The notes beneath the pieces were generated by a model. That model had not been told where the DNA came from, made no database searches, and was given only the letters and a program-made list of their open reading frames with translations. From positions 1 to 35,835 of the forward strand of contig JAFDHU010000012.1 in NCBI GenBank assembly GCA_019308625.1: 35,835 bases of DNA. The letters are read 5' to 3'. How positions within the stretch are numbered: the stretch's first letter is position 1; every line of letters starts with the position of its first letter. Source of the DNA: Deltaproteobacteria bacterium. GTDB lineage: Bacteria; Desulfobacterota; Desulfobaccia; Desulfobaccales; 0-14-0-80-60-11. Both the position numbers and the translations under genes were made by a program. Of this stretch, positions 25,149 through 34,380 are shown one piece after another.

Positions 25149-26216
25149 ATGGTCAGGAGCGGCTATCGGATGGACTGGATTACGGACAGCCTGGCGGTGG
25201 GCCAGGCACCCATGTCCTATGCCGCCCTGGACCAAGTGCGAGAGCAGGGCATCGGTGCCATCCTGAACCTGTGCGCCGAGTTTTGCGACCTGCACTGGAT
25301 TGAGGCCGAGGCCGGCTTTGAGGTGTATTATCTCCCCATCCCCGATGAGGAGGCGCCGGACCTGGAGGCACTGGAGAAGGCCCTGGACTGGCTGGACGAA
25401 TGCATTTTTCTGGGGAAAAAGGTGCTGGTGCACTGCCGCTTTGGGGTGGGCCGCACCGGCACGGTGGTGAACGCCTACCTGCTGCGCAAGGGGCTGGGGC
25501 ACAAGCTGGCTGGCCGCAAACTCAAGGGGTTCAAGGCCCGGCCCGCCAGCTTTGACCAGTGGTGGTTCATCCGCAAGTATGGCAAACAGGAGAAGCCCCT
25601 GACCATCCGGGAGCCGGCCCTGGAGACCAAACACCTGGTGGATTTATTTCCCTTTTTCCGGGAGTATGAGGGGCTGGTCCAGGAGGTGGATATGCACCTG
25701 TTGCGGGACGACGGAGAACCCCGGTGCGGCCAGGGCCACTCGGCATGCTGCCGGGAACTGGTGCTCATGCCCTTTATTGAGGCAGTGTATACCCATCATG
25801 TCATCAACACCACCCTGGAGCGCGCCGTCCGCCAGCAGGTCATTCACCGGGCAGTGGAGGCCAGCCGGACGCTCCGGGAGGTGGCGCGGGAGACGGGTAC
25901 AGATTTCCATACTGCGGACTTCGCCGCCGGCTATCGCCAGGCCCGGATTCTGTGCCCTCTGAACGAGGCTGGGGATTGCGTGATTTTTGAGAACCGGCCC
26001 TTGGCCTGCCGCCTCTTTGATCTTCCCGGCCGGGAGCGCCGGGAGGTGTCAGCAGCACTGGCCTCCCGACTGGCCGACCTCTCAGAGAGGGTGTACTCTG
26101 CCTTCGCCTCTCAGCAGCCTGCCGGATTCTCCCTGGACTTTCCCCTGCCCGAGGTGGTCTCCGGCAAGTTTATCCAGGCCTTCTTCCACCATCTCATCAA
26201 GGGCCGGGCCGCCTAG
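25149..26216 (+). CDS. dual-specificity (Cys-based) protein phosphatase domain fused to a YkgJ/CxxCxxCC-type Cys-rich domain
   Basis: The HCX5R P-loop is VLVHCRFGVGRTGTV (Cys at nt 25434-25436), with the upstream Asp loop PIPDEEAP. The C-terminal half has CGQGHSACC and CPLNEAGDCVIFENRPLACRLF, typical of the putative Zn/Fe-chelating UPF0153 family. The start is ambiguous (25074, 25149 or 25170); 25149 follows an AGGAGA RBS. Confidence 0.75.
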   Translation: MVRSGYRMDWITDSLAVGQAPMSYAALDQVREQGIGAILNLCAEFCDLHWIEAEAGFEVYYLPIPDEEAPDLEALEKALDWLDECIFLGKKVLVHCRFGVGRTGTVVNAYLLRKGLGHKLAGRKLKGFKARPASFDQWWFIRKYGKQEKPLTIREPALETKHLVDLFPFFREYEGLVQEVDMHLLRDDGEPRCGQGHSACCRELVLMPFIEAVYTHHVINTTLERAVRQQVIHRAVEASRTLREVARETGTDFHTADFAAGYRQARILCPLNEAGDCVIFENRPLACRLFDLPGRERREVSAALASRLADLSERVYSAFASQQPAGFSLDFPLPEVVSGKFIQAFFHHLIKGRAA

Positions 26217-26368
26217 GGCCGAAACCGCTGGCCCGGAAAAAACCCGGCGGTTGACGGCCTCTCCAGCCTCTCACCCTCCAGACCCCCGGAGGTCAATCCC
26301 GCCTTTATGGCCCGGCATCTGGTTTTTTCCTAAGAACTTTCCCTGATCCCCCTCCGAAGGCAACCCAC

Positions 26369-28639
26369 CTAAGCCTTTAAATTCGGAATTTGGCGCACCG
26401 CCTTGGGATCTTTCCAGGTGAGGCGGATTTCCTCCCCCACGTGATACAGACTCAGGTCCTCACCTTCCTTCAGGATATAGGTGACCTGGTCCTCACGGAT
26501 GTCCACCTCCAGCACCCGGCCCCGCACTCTCAAGGAGAACCGGAGCTGCTGCAGGACCTCCAGACGCTGGGGATGAAAGGAGAGCCGGCCGTTGTAGTCC
26601 CGCATGCCGGCAAAGCCGTTGACCAGAATCATCCACACTGCTCCCATGGAGGCGATGTGGCAGCCGTCGGCCACATTTCCCCCCACGTCGTACAGGTCCA
26701 TCAGCACGGCGTAGCGGGCGTATTCCCCGGCCTTCTGGTGGTGGCCCACCTCAAAGGCTAAAATACTTTGGATGCCTACCGACAGGGAGGAGTCGCCAGT
26801 GGTGAGGGGGTCGTAAAAATCAAAGTTGCGCCTTTTCTGTTCCAGGGAAAATTTGTCCCCCAGAAGAAACATGGCCAGCACGATGTCAGCCTGTTTGACC
26901 ACCCGGTACCGGTAAATGACCAGAGGATGATAATGCAGCAGCAGGGGGTATTTATCCGGCGGGGTGTGTTCAAAGTCCCAGACCTCTTTTTCCAGAAAGC
27001 TGTCGTCCTGGGGATGGATGCCGGTCTGCTGGTCATAGGGGATGTACATCTTGTCCGCGGCGGCCTGCCACTCTTCAATTTCGTCCGGCTGCAGATTGGT
27101 TTTGTCCAGGAGTTCAACGAAGTGCTCAGGCTTCTCCTCCCGGAGCTTTCTTATGGTGTGGGCGGCAAACCACAGGTTTTCCCGGGCCATCAGATTGGTA
27201 AAGGTGTTGTTGTTCACCACGGTGTTGTACTCGTCCGGTCCGGTCACCCCGTTGATGCAGAACTGGCCCTTCTTCCTCTCCGAGTAAAAGCCCAAATCCC
27301 GCCACAGGCGGGCCGTTTCCACCAACATCTCGTTGAGAAAGTCCTCATCGCCGGTTATCTCAGTATATTTCTTTAGGGCGTGCACGATGTCGGCGTTGAT
27401 GTGGTACTGGGCCGTGCCAGCGGCATAGTAGGCCGAGGCTTCCTCGCCATTAATGGTGCGCCAGGGAAAGAGCGCGCCCTGCTCGTTGAGCTCTGCGGCC
27501 CGCCGCCTGGCCTTGTCCAGCATGCCATAGCGATGCTCCAGCAGGTTCCGGGCGATATGCGGCTGAGTATAAATGAGAAACGGCATTATATAGATTTCCG
27601 CATCCCAGAAATAATGGCCCTCGTAGCCCTGTCCGGTGAGCCCCTTGGCGGGAATACCGGCATTTTCCGCCCGGGCAGTGGCCTGGCACAGGTGGAACAG
27701 GTTAAAGCGGATCCACTGCTGGATTTCCTTGTTGTGATGGCGGGCGTGCTCGGGGTTGATAATCACCTGGATATCGCTGCGCTGCCAGAAGTCGTCCAGA
27801 TACTCCCGCTGGCTGGCTAGCAGGACCTCAAAACCATGCTCCAGGGCCCGGTCCAGGGTCCATTCTGCCCGTTCGCACAGCTCTTCCGGGGGCTGGGTTC
27901 TGGATTTGTGGTAGGCCATATACTTGGTGATGGTGATGGGCTTCCCTGGCTGGGCGTCCACATTGTACAGCACCTTGGCGGCGTTCCTGGAGCATTTGAT
28001 CTTGAAAGTGTAAGGGCACTCGGTGGTGATGACATGGTCGGTGGCGCAGGCCAGGGCCATGCGGCTGTTGATGGTCGTGTGGCTCAGCATCAGCCGCTGC
28101 TCCTGGGCGTAGTGGACCTGGGACTCCAGCACCTGTCCCCGCAGGCCGTGGGCCCGCCGCGGGTCGCCGGCGCGGTCCTCGTCGGCCAGGGGAGTGGCCA
28201 TCTCCGAAGAGATGACCACCGGGGCCCGGGCGTTGAGCACCGTCACCTCATAGGCCACCGCGGCCAGATGACGGTACTCCAGGGACACCAGCCGGGTGGA
28301 TTTGATGGACACCAGCTTGCCCGCGGGCGTCTTCCACAGCACCTCCCGGGTGAGAGTCCCGCCCCGGAAGTCCACGACCCGCTCAAAACTCTGCAGGTCA
28401 GCAGCCGGCAGGTAAAAAGGCTCATCGTCCACGTACAGCTTGATGATCTTGGCATCGGTGACGTTGACGATGGTCTGGCCCATCTTGGCGAAGCCGTAGG
28501 CCTCCTCCCCATAGAGGATGGGCCAGGTTTCATAGAAGCCGTTGATGAAGGTACCGTTGTGGTGCACCGGCGCGCCTTCCTCAAAGTTGCCCCGCAGCCC
28601 CAGGTAGCCGTTGCCCAGGGAAAACAGGGTCTCCCTCAC
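26369..28639 (-). CDS. glycoside hydrolase family 65 alpha-glucoside phosphorylase (maltose/trehalose/kojibiose phosphorylase-like)
   Basis: 756 aa with LFSLGNGYLGLRGNFEEG near the N-terminus, GYEGHYFWDAEIY, and the (alpha/alpha)6 body pattern. GTG start. The N-terminus is about 20-30 aa shorter than in family members I recall. Confidence 0.85.
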   Translation of the reverse strand: MRETLFSLGNGYLGLRGNFEEGAPVHHNGTFINGFYETWPILYGEEAYGFAKMGQTIVNVTDAKIIKLYVDDEPFYLPAADLQSFERVVDFRGGTLTREVLWKTPAGKLVSIKSTRLVSLEYRHLAAVAYEVTVLNARAPVVISSEMATPLADEDRAGDPRRAHGLRGQVLESQVHYAQEQRLMLSHTTINSRMALACATDHVITTECPYTFKIKCSRNAAKVLYNVDAQPGKPITITKYMAYHKSRTQPPEELCERAEWTLDRALEHGFEVLLASQREYLDDFWQRSDIQVIINPEHARHHNKEIQQWIRFNLFHLCQATARAENAGIPAKGLTGQGYEGHYFWDAEIYIMPFLIYTQPHIARNLLEHRYGMLDKARRRAAELNEQGALFPWRTINGEEASAYYAAGTAQYHINADIVHALKKYTEITGDEDFLNEMLVETARLWRDLGFYSERKKGQFCINGVTGPDEYNTVVNNNTFTNLMARENLWFAAHTIRKLREEKPEHFVELLDKTNLQPDEIEEWQAAADKMYIPYDQQTGIHPQDDSFLEKEVWDFEHTPPDKYPLLLHYHPLVIYRYRVVKQADIVLAMFLLGDKFSLEQKRRNFDFYDPLTTGDSSLSVGIQSILAFEVGHHQKAGEYARYAVLMDLYDVGGNVADGCHIASMGAVWMILVNGFAGMRDYNGRLSFHPQRLEVLQQLRFSLRVRGRVLEVDIREDQVTYILKEGEDLSLYHVGEEIRLTWKDPKAVRQIPNLKA

Positions 28640-28723
28640 GATGCAGCATGATTTTCTACCTCAGTCTGTCCTCCAGGTTTGGATTGGTTGGCATTTTTAG
28701 GGCCCGGGCTTCCCCGGCCTGGG

Positions 28724-29473
28724 TCAGTCTATCAGTTCCCTCAAGTCCGCCACCACCAGGTCGGCGCCGCCCTCTTTCAGGGCCAGGGCATCGCCCTTGC
28801 GGTCCACCCCGATGACCAGGCCAAAGCCCCCGGCCCGCCCGGCGGCCACCCCGGAGAGGGCATCCTCCACCACCACCGCTCGCTCAGGCTGCACTTGCAG
28901 CATGGCCGCGGCCTGGAGAAAGGTGTCGGGCGCGGGCTTGCCGGGCAGGTCAAGGTCGTCGGCCACGTTGCCGTCCACCCGCACATCAAACAACTCCGCC
29001 AGGCCCACGGCCTCCAGCACCTCCTGGCAGTTTTTGCTGGCGGACACCACCGCGGTTTTCAGGCCTAAGGTGCGCACATGCCGGGCCAGGGCCACGCCGT
29101 CCGGATGGATGTCCACTTCTCCGTGCCTGATTTTCTCTTTGACCATTTCGTCCTTGAGATTGCCCAGGCCGCAGACGGTGGCAGTCCCCGGCGGATCCTG
29201 GGGCGTCCCGAAGGGCAGCTCAATGCCCCGGGAGGCCAGGAAGCTTTGCACCCCGTCATATCTGAGCTTGCCGTCCACGTAATGCTTGTAGTCTGTGGCC
29301 AGGTCAAAGGGTTGCAAGGTCCTGCCGGACTCCACGGCGCGGCGGGACAGGAAGTCGTCAAACATCCTCTTCCAGCAGGCCGCATGGATTTTGGCGGTGG
29401 CGGTGATGACCCCGTCCAGGTCAAAGAGCACCGCGTCAAATTTATCCGGGGTGATGATGGGTTTGGGGCTCAT
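28724..29473 (-). CDS. pgmB: beta-phosphoglucomutase (HAD superfamily)
   Basis: DAVLFDLDGVIT (DxDGV) and the C-terminal VVEDALSGVAAGRAGGF. AAGGA RBS. It is immediately upstream of the GH65 gene, the classic pairing. Confidence 0.85.
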   Translation of the reverse strand: MSPKPIITPDKFDAVLFDLDGVITATAKIHAACWKRMFDDFLSRRAVESGRTLQPFDLATDYKHYVDGKLRYDGVQSFLASRGIELPFGTPQDPPGTATVCGLGNLKDEMVKEKIRHGEVDIHPDGVALARHVRTLGLKTAVVSASKNCQEVLEAVGLAELFDVRVDGNVADDLDLPGKPAPDTFLQAAAMLQVQPERAVVVEDALSGVAAGRAGGFGLVIGVDRKGDALALKEGGADLVVADLRELID

Positions 29474-29517
29474 GAATAATCCTTAACACCAGGCAGAGTC
29501 CGCCCGTCTGGTGGTTC

Positions 29518-31329
29518 TCAAAACGGAAAAATCACTGGCACTGCTGCCAGGGTGACCAGCATGCTCAGGACAATGAGGGGCAGTCCCAGCTTGAGGAAGT
29601 CATTGAAGCGGTAGCCGCCGGGTCCCAGCACCAGGGTGTTCACCGGGGAGGCTACCGGGGTGGCAAACGCGGTGGACGCAGCGATGGCCACGGTCATGAG
29701 CAGGGGGTAGGGGGAGACCTCCAGTATCCCGGCTGTTCCCAAGGCGATAGGGGCCAGCAGTACTGCAGCGGCGGTGTTGGAAATCACTTGACTCAACACC
29801 GCGGTGATGACAAACAGACCCGCCATCAGGACCCAGGGCCCCAGTTGTCCCAGGGCCGCCACCTGGTCCACAATGAGACTGACGCCCCCGGTCTTGTTCA
29901 GAGCCAGGGCCATGGGCAGCATCCCGGCGATGAGCACCAGGCTCTCCCAATTGATGGAGTCATAGGCCTCCTTCATGGTCAGACAGCGGGACAGCACCAT
30001 GGCCAGGGCTGCCAGGAGCACCGCGGCCACGCTGGGCACCAGGTTAAGGGTCATGAGGGCCAACATGCCCCCTACAATGGCCAGGGCCCGGGGGGCTTTG
30101 GCCCGCTCCGGGGCAACCTCGCCCATCTCCTTGGGAATAGTAAGCACCAGGAAGTCGCCGTGCTCCCTCTGGAGTAGCTCAATCTGCCGCCAGCCGCCGC
30201 CCATGAGCAGGGAGTCCCCGAAGGCCAAGGGAAGGTTGATGAGGTCCTCCCGGATGGGCTGGCCCAGCCGCAGGATGCCCAGGACCGTGAGGCCGAAGCG
30301 CTCCCGGAAGCGCAGTTCGCTCAGGGTGCTGCCAATGAACCGGGAGCGGGGGGAGATGAGCACCTCCACCAGTCCCAGCTCCTGGGGGACCAGTTTTCTT
30401 TCCCGTTCGCCGAGGCTCAGGAGCTCAAGCTGCTCCGCTTGGCTGAAGCTTTTTACCTGTTCCGGCGAGCCCACTGCAAAAATGCGGTCTCCCGGCATAA
30501 GCTCGGTCTGAGGCAGGACCGGCATGACCTGGCCGTTCCGTTCCAGGCCTATCAGATTCACGCCATAGCGGGTGCGGACCCTGGCCTGGGCCAGGGTCTT
30601 GCCAGCCAGGGAAGAGCCGGCCCCCAGAGCCAGATAATGGAACTGGTCATTGAGCCGATAGGCATCCGTGAGGTCCCGGAGGGACAGGCGGGAGCGGGCC
30701 TCTTTTTTTTCTCCGGTGTCCCTGGGGAGGAGCCGGCGGCCCACCGTCACCATGTAGCCGATGCCCACCGCCAGAATCAGCAGGCCGATGGGGGTGAAGG
30801 AAAAAAAACTGAAGGGGACCAGGTTGTTGCGGGTGAGCTCGGTGGTCACCACCAGGTTGGGGGGCGTGCCGATCAAGGTGAGCATGCCCCCGATGAGGGA
30901 GGCTACGGAAATGGGAAGGAGCAGCCGGGCCGGGCTGCTTTTGGCCTTGGCCGCCAGATTGATGGCCACCGGGATGAAGATGGCCACGGTGCCGGTGGAG
31001 CTCATAAACCCGGAGAGCGCCGCCACCACCAGCATAAGCAGGACCAGTAGCCGGGTTTCGCTGGTGCCGGCTGCCCGAGTCACCCAGTTGCTGATGCGGA
31101 AGGCCACCCCGGTGCGGAACAGCGCCTCCCCCACCACAAACAGCCCGGCCAGGAGCAGGACCAGGGGGTCGCCGAACCCGGAGAGGGCCTCGCTCGGGGA
31201 GAGAATTCCCCCCAGCATGAGGACCAGCACCACCAGCACCGCCACCACATCCAGGCGTAGCAGGTCGCTGGCGAACAAAGCCACGGTGACCGCCAGCAGC
31301 AGGAATACGTACAGGGTGTCACCGATCAT
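29518..31329 (-). CDS. SLC13/DASS-family permease with two central TrkA-C (RCK_C) domains
   Basis: Multi-TM halves flank two RCK_C-like segments (LAGKTLAQARVRTRYGVNLIGLER...GDRIFAVG and FIGSTLSELRFRERFGLTVLGILR...GDSLLMGG). AAGGAG RBS before ATG 31329. Confidence 0.8.
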   Translation of the reverse strand: MIGDTLYVFLLLAVTVALFASDLLRLDVVAVLVVLVLMLGGILSPSEALSGFGDPLVLLLAGLFVVGEALFRTGVAFRISNWVTRAAGTSETRLLVLLMLVVAALSGFMSSTGTVAIFIPVAINLAAKAKSSPARLLLPISVASLIGGMLTLIGTPPNLVVTTELTRNNLVPFSFFSFTPIGLLILAVGIGYMVTVGRRLLPRDTGEKKEARSRLSLRDLTDAYRLNDQFHYLALGAGSSLAGKTLAQARVRTRYGVNLIGLERNGQVMPVLPQTELMPGDRIFAVGSPEQVKSFSQAEQLELLSLGERERKLVPQELGLVEVLISPRSRFIGSTLSELRFRERFGLTVLGILRLGQPIREDLINLPLAFGDSLLMGGGWRQIELLQREHGDFLVLTIPKEMGEVAPERAKAPRALAIVGGMLALMTLNLVPSVAAVLLAALAMVLSRCLTMKEAYDSINWESLVLIAGMLPMALALNKTGGVSLIVDQVAALGQLGPWVLMAGLFVITAVLSQVISNTAAAVLLAPIALGTAGILEVSPYPLLMTVAIAASTAFATPVASPVNTLVLGPGGYRFNDFLKLGLPLIVLSMLVTLAAVPVIFPF

Positions 31330-31410
31330 GGGACTCCTTGTCCGCTGTCTGGGCCTGTGACCTTGCTTGGGCAAACATCTTCATGATTCAGGAAGTCCAC
31401 GGCGGTCCGG

Positions 31411-33003
31411 CTACAGCACCGCCTCCCGAAGCTCCGGGGGAATCTCCGCCTCAAATTGCCGGAAGTTTTGCCGGAAGTCCGCCAGCAGCCGCAGGGCTCG
31501 CTCCTCAAAGCGGTCCTTGTCCGGGGCCCCGGCCCGGGGGTCCAGGACCTCCGGAGGCACGCCCTCGCAGCTATTGGGCACCAGAAAGCCGAACAGCGGG
31601 TCGGGGGAGAACTCGGCCTGCTCCAGCTTGTCCGTTAGGATGTTCCGGATGATGGCCCGGGAATAGGCGATGCTGATGCGCTCGCCCTCGCCGTAGGGGC
31701 GGCCGGACCAGCCGGTGTTCACCAGCCAGCATTTGACCTCATGCCGCCTGATTTTTTCCGCCAGGAGGCGGCCGTACACGCTGGGGGGCAGGGCCATGAA
31801 GGGGGCCCCGAAGCAGGCGCTGAAAGTGGCCTGAGGCTCCTTCACTCCCAGTTCGGTGCCGGCCACCTTGGCGGTATAACCGCTCAAGAAGTGATACACT
31901 GCCTGGGCGGTGGTGAGCTGGGCCACCGGCGGCATCACCCCGAAGGCATCGCAGGTCAGCATGATGAGGTGGCTGGGATGCCCGGCCACCCCGTCCCGCA
32001 AGGCGCTGGGAATGTGAGTGATGGGATAGGCAGCCCGGGTGTTCTCGGTCAAGGAATCGTCATTTAGGTCCACCCGCCGGGTTAAATAGTCCATGCCCAC
32101 GTTTTCCAGGATGGTGCCGAACCGGCGGGTGCATTCGTAAATTTCCGGCTCCGCCTGGGGATTGAGGCGGATCACCTTGGCGTAGCAGCCGCCCTCAAAG
32201 TTGAAGACGCCTTCATCACTCCAGCCGTGCTCGTCGTCCCCCACCAGCAGGCGATCAGGGTCGGCGGAGAGGGTGGTCTTGCCCGTGCCGGAGAGCCCGA
32301 AGAAGATGGCCACATCCCCGCCCCGGCCCACATTGGCGGAGCAGTGCATGGACAGCACCTCATCCAGGGGCAGGAGGTAGTTGAGCATGGTGAAGATAGA
32401 CTTCTTCATCTCGCCCGCGTAGCTGGTGCCGCCGATTAAGACCACCTTGCGGGCCAGATGCAGCAGGATGAAGGCCTCAGAATTAGTGCCGTCCACCTCC
32501 GGCAGGGCGCTGAACCGGGGGGCGTGGATGATGGTGAACTCCGGCTTGTGGTGGGCGGCCTCCTCGGGCGTCTTCATCTGGATAAACATGTTGCGGGCGA
32601 ACAGATTGTGCCAGGCGTTCTCGCTGATGACCCTGAGATGAATGCGGTATCTGGGCGAGGCCCCGGCATAGCAGTCCTGGACAAAAATGTCCTTGTTCTG
32701 GAGGTAAGCCTGCAGCCGCAGGAACAGGTTGTGGAAGCGGTCCTCCTCAATGCCCAGGTTTTCCTTGCTCCACCAGACTTTGTCCTGGCTGGAGGGCTCC
32801 CGCACGATGAACCGGTCCCGGGGGGAGCGGCCCACGTGCTGGCCGGTTCGGACCACGATGGGCCCCAGGTGAGCGATGAGGCCCTCGTTGCGGCGCACCA
32901 CCTGCTCATAAAGCTGGGGAGTGGTGGCGTTCCAGAAAATCTGGCCCACATTCTTGATGCCCAGGCTCTCCAGTTCCTGCCTGACGGTTTTCGGATCCTT
33001 CAT
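31411..33003 (-). CDS. pckA: phosphoenolpyruvate carboxykinase (ATP)
   Basis: GLSGTGKTTLSADPDRLLVGDDEHGW, FNFEGGCYAKV and VNTGWSG. AAGGGGG RBS before ATG 33003; the listed ORF opens at 33105. Confidence 0.9.
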   Translation of the reverse strand: MKDPKTVRQELESLGIKNVGQIFWNATTPQLYEQVVRRNEGLIAHLGPIVVRTGQHVGRSPRDRFIVREPSSQDKVWWSKENLGIEEDRFHNLFLRLQAYLQNKDIFVQDCYAGASPRYRIHLRVISENAWHNLFARNMFIQMKTPEEAAHHKPEFTIIHAPRFSALPEVDGTNSEAFILLHLARKVVLIGGTSYAGEMKKSIFTMLNYLLPLDEVLSMHCSANVGRGGDVAIFFGLSGTGKTTLSADPDRLLVGDDEHGWSDEGVFNFEGGCYAKVIRLNPQAEPEIYECTRRFGTILENVGMDYLTRRVDLNDDSLTENTRAAYPITHIPSALRDGVAGHPSHLIMLTCDAFGVMPPVAQLTTAQAVYHFLSGYTAKVAGTELGVKEPQATFSACFGAPFMALPPSVYGRLLAEKIRRHEVKCWLVNTGWSGRPYGEGERISIAYSRAIIRNILTDKLEQAEFSPDPLFGFLVPNSCEGVPPEVLDPRAGAPDKDRFEERALRLLADFRQNFRQFEAEIPPELREAVL

Positions 33004-33067
33004 TTGACCCCCTTCTTGGAAATTAGTGAGTTCTGCTTTTAGGTTTGGGTTCTTCTCCGGCTGCCGG

Positions 33068-34354
33068 TCACATGTCCCGAGGCTGGCCGGTGACTGCCAG
33101 GACATTGTTCCACAATTTGTCCGCGGGATCTATGTGCTTGCGCTGGGAGACCGCCAGCCGGATAGGCACATGGGTGAAATCCCGCTTCCAGTTGCCCACC
33201 ACCATACTGGTGCGCCCGGCCATGCCGGCATGCACGGCGTGGTAGCCCAGGAGCAGACAGAAGGCGGAGTCGTGGGGATTGGCGGGCATGCTCCGGATCA
33301 TATAGCTGGGGTCGATGTATTTCAGGTTCACCTCCAGCCCGGCCTGCCGGAAGTCCTCCCGGATGCGGTCCCTTAAAAAGACGCCGATATCCCCGAAGCG
33401 GATGTTGCCGGAGGCGTCCCGCTCGCCGGAGCCGGGAATCAAATACTGTCCCGCCCCCTCCCCGGCCACCACCACGGCGTGGCCCTTTTCGGCCACCCGC
33501 GCTTTCAAGGCCGCCAGAAAGCCTTCCAGAGTGAAGGGCACCTCGGGTATCAGGCAGAAGTCCACCTCCGGGTTGACCAGGGTGGCGACGGCCGCAATGA
33601 AACCGGACTCCCGGCCCATGAGTTTGACTAAGCCGATGCCGTGGCGGTAGCCCGCGGCCTCAGTCTTGGCGGCGTAAATTGCGGCCTTGGCCTCGGACAC
33701 CGCGGTCTCAAAGCCGAAGGACCAGTCTATGAAGGAAATGTCATTGTCAATGGTCTTGGGGATGCCGATGACCGCGATTTTCAGGCCCCGATGGGCGATT
33801 TCCTGGGCCAGGGCCTGGGCCCCCCTGAGGGTGCCGTCCCCGCCGATGGTGAACAGAATCCCCACATGCAGGCGCTCCAGGGTGTCCACCATGTCGCCGA
33901 TATCCTGGGGGCCCCGGGAGGAGCCCAGAATGGTGCCGCCTTCGTGATGGATGTCGTCCACCAGCTCCGGGGTGAGCTCCAGGGGGGTGTGGCCGTGCCG
34001 GGGGGAGAGCCCCTCGTAGCCGTACCGGAACCCGAACACAGTCTTCACCCCGTAGTGGTGCTGGAGCCCCAGAACAATGGCCCGGATGACGTCGTTTAAG
34101 CCCGGACACAGGCCGCCGCAGGTGACGATGCCGCACTTGAGCTTGGAGGGGTCAAAGAAAATCTTCTCCCGGGGGCCGGCCATCTCAAACATCGGGGGCC
34201 TGCGATTGGAGTCCGCGAAGGCCTGCATTTCCATCCAATGGGAATGATAGAGCACGCCTTCATCATCACCCACAAAACTGGTGCCGGACATGGGTGAGGG
34301 AATGCGGCTCTCTCCCAGCCGCGCCACCGTGAGGTCCAAATCTTCGCCGGACAT
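33068..34354 (-). CDS. pfkA: 6-phosphofructokinase, long PfkA-family form (phosphoryl donor ATP or PPi uncertain)
   Basis: GIVTCGGLCPGLNDVIR, TIGGDGTLRGA, IGIPKTIDNDI and MGRESGFIA. AAGGAG RBS. Confidence 0.85.
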   Translation of the reverse strand: MSGEDLDLTVARLGESRIPSPMSGTSFVGDDEGVLYHSHWMEMQAFADSNRRPPMFEMAGPREKIFFDPSKLKCGIVTCGGLCPGLNDVIRAIVLGLQHHYGVKTVFGFRYGYEGLSPRHGHTPLELTPELVDDIHHEGGTILGSSRGPQDIGDMVDTLERLHVGILFTIGGDGTLRGAQALAQEIAHRGLKIAVIGIPKTIDNDISFIDWSFGFETAVSEAKAAIYAAKTEAAGYRHGIGLVKLMGRESGFIAAVATLVNPEVDFCLIPEVPFTLEGFLAALKARVAEKGHAVVVAGEGAGQYLIPGSGERDASGNIRFGDIGVFLRDRIREDFRQAGLEVNLKYIDPSYMIRSMPANPHDSAFCLLLGYHAVHAGMAGRTSMVVGNWKRDFTHVPIRLAVSQRKHIDPADKLWNNVLAVTGQPRDM

Positions 34355-34380
34355 GGTGTCTCCTTAAACTATTTATGGTT

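Noticed and set aside
28640-28723. Possible frameshifted N-terminus of the GH65 gene (short ORF MPTNPNLEDRLR in another frame upstream)
   Set aside because: The upstream peptide is too short and does not resemble the family N-terminal strand. An in-frame stop at 28661-28663 and a usable GTG at 28639 make a simply short N-terminus the more economical reading.
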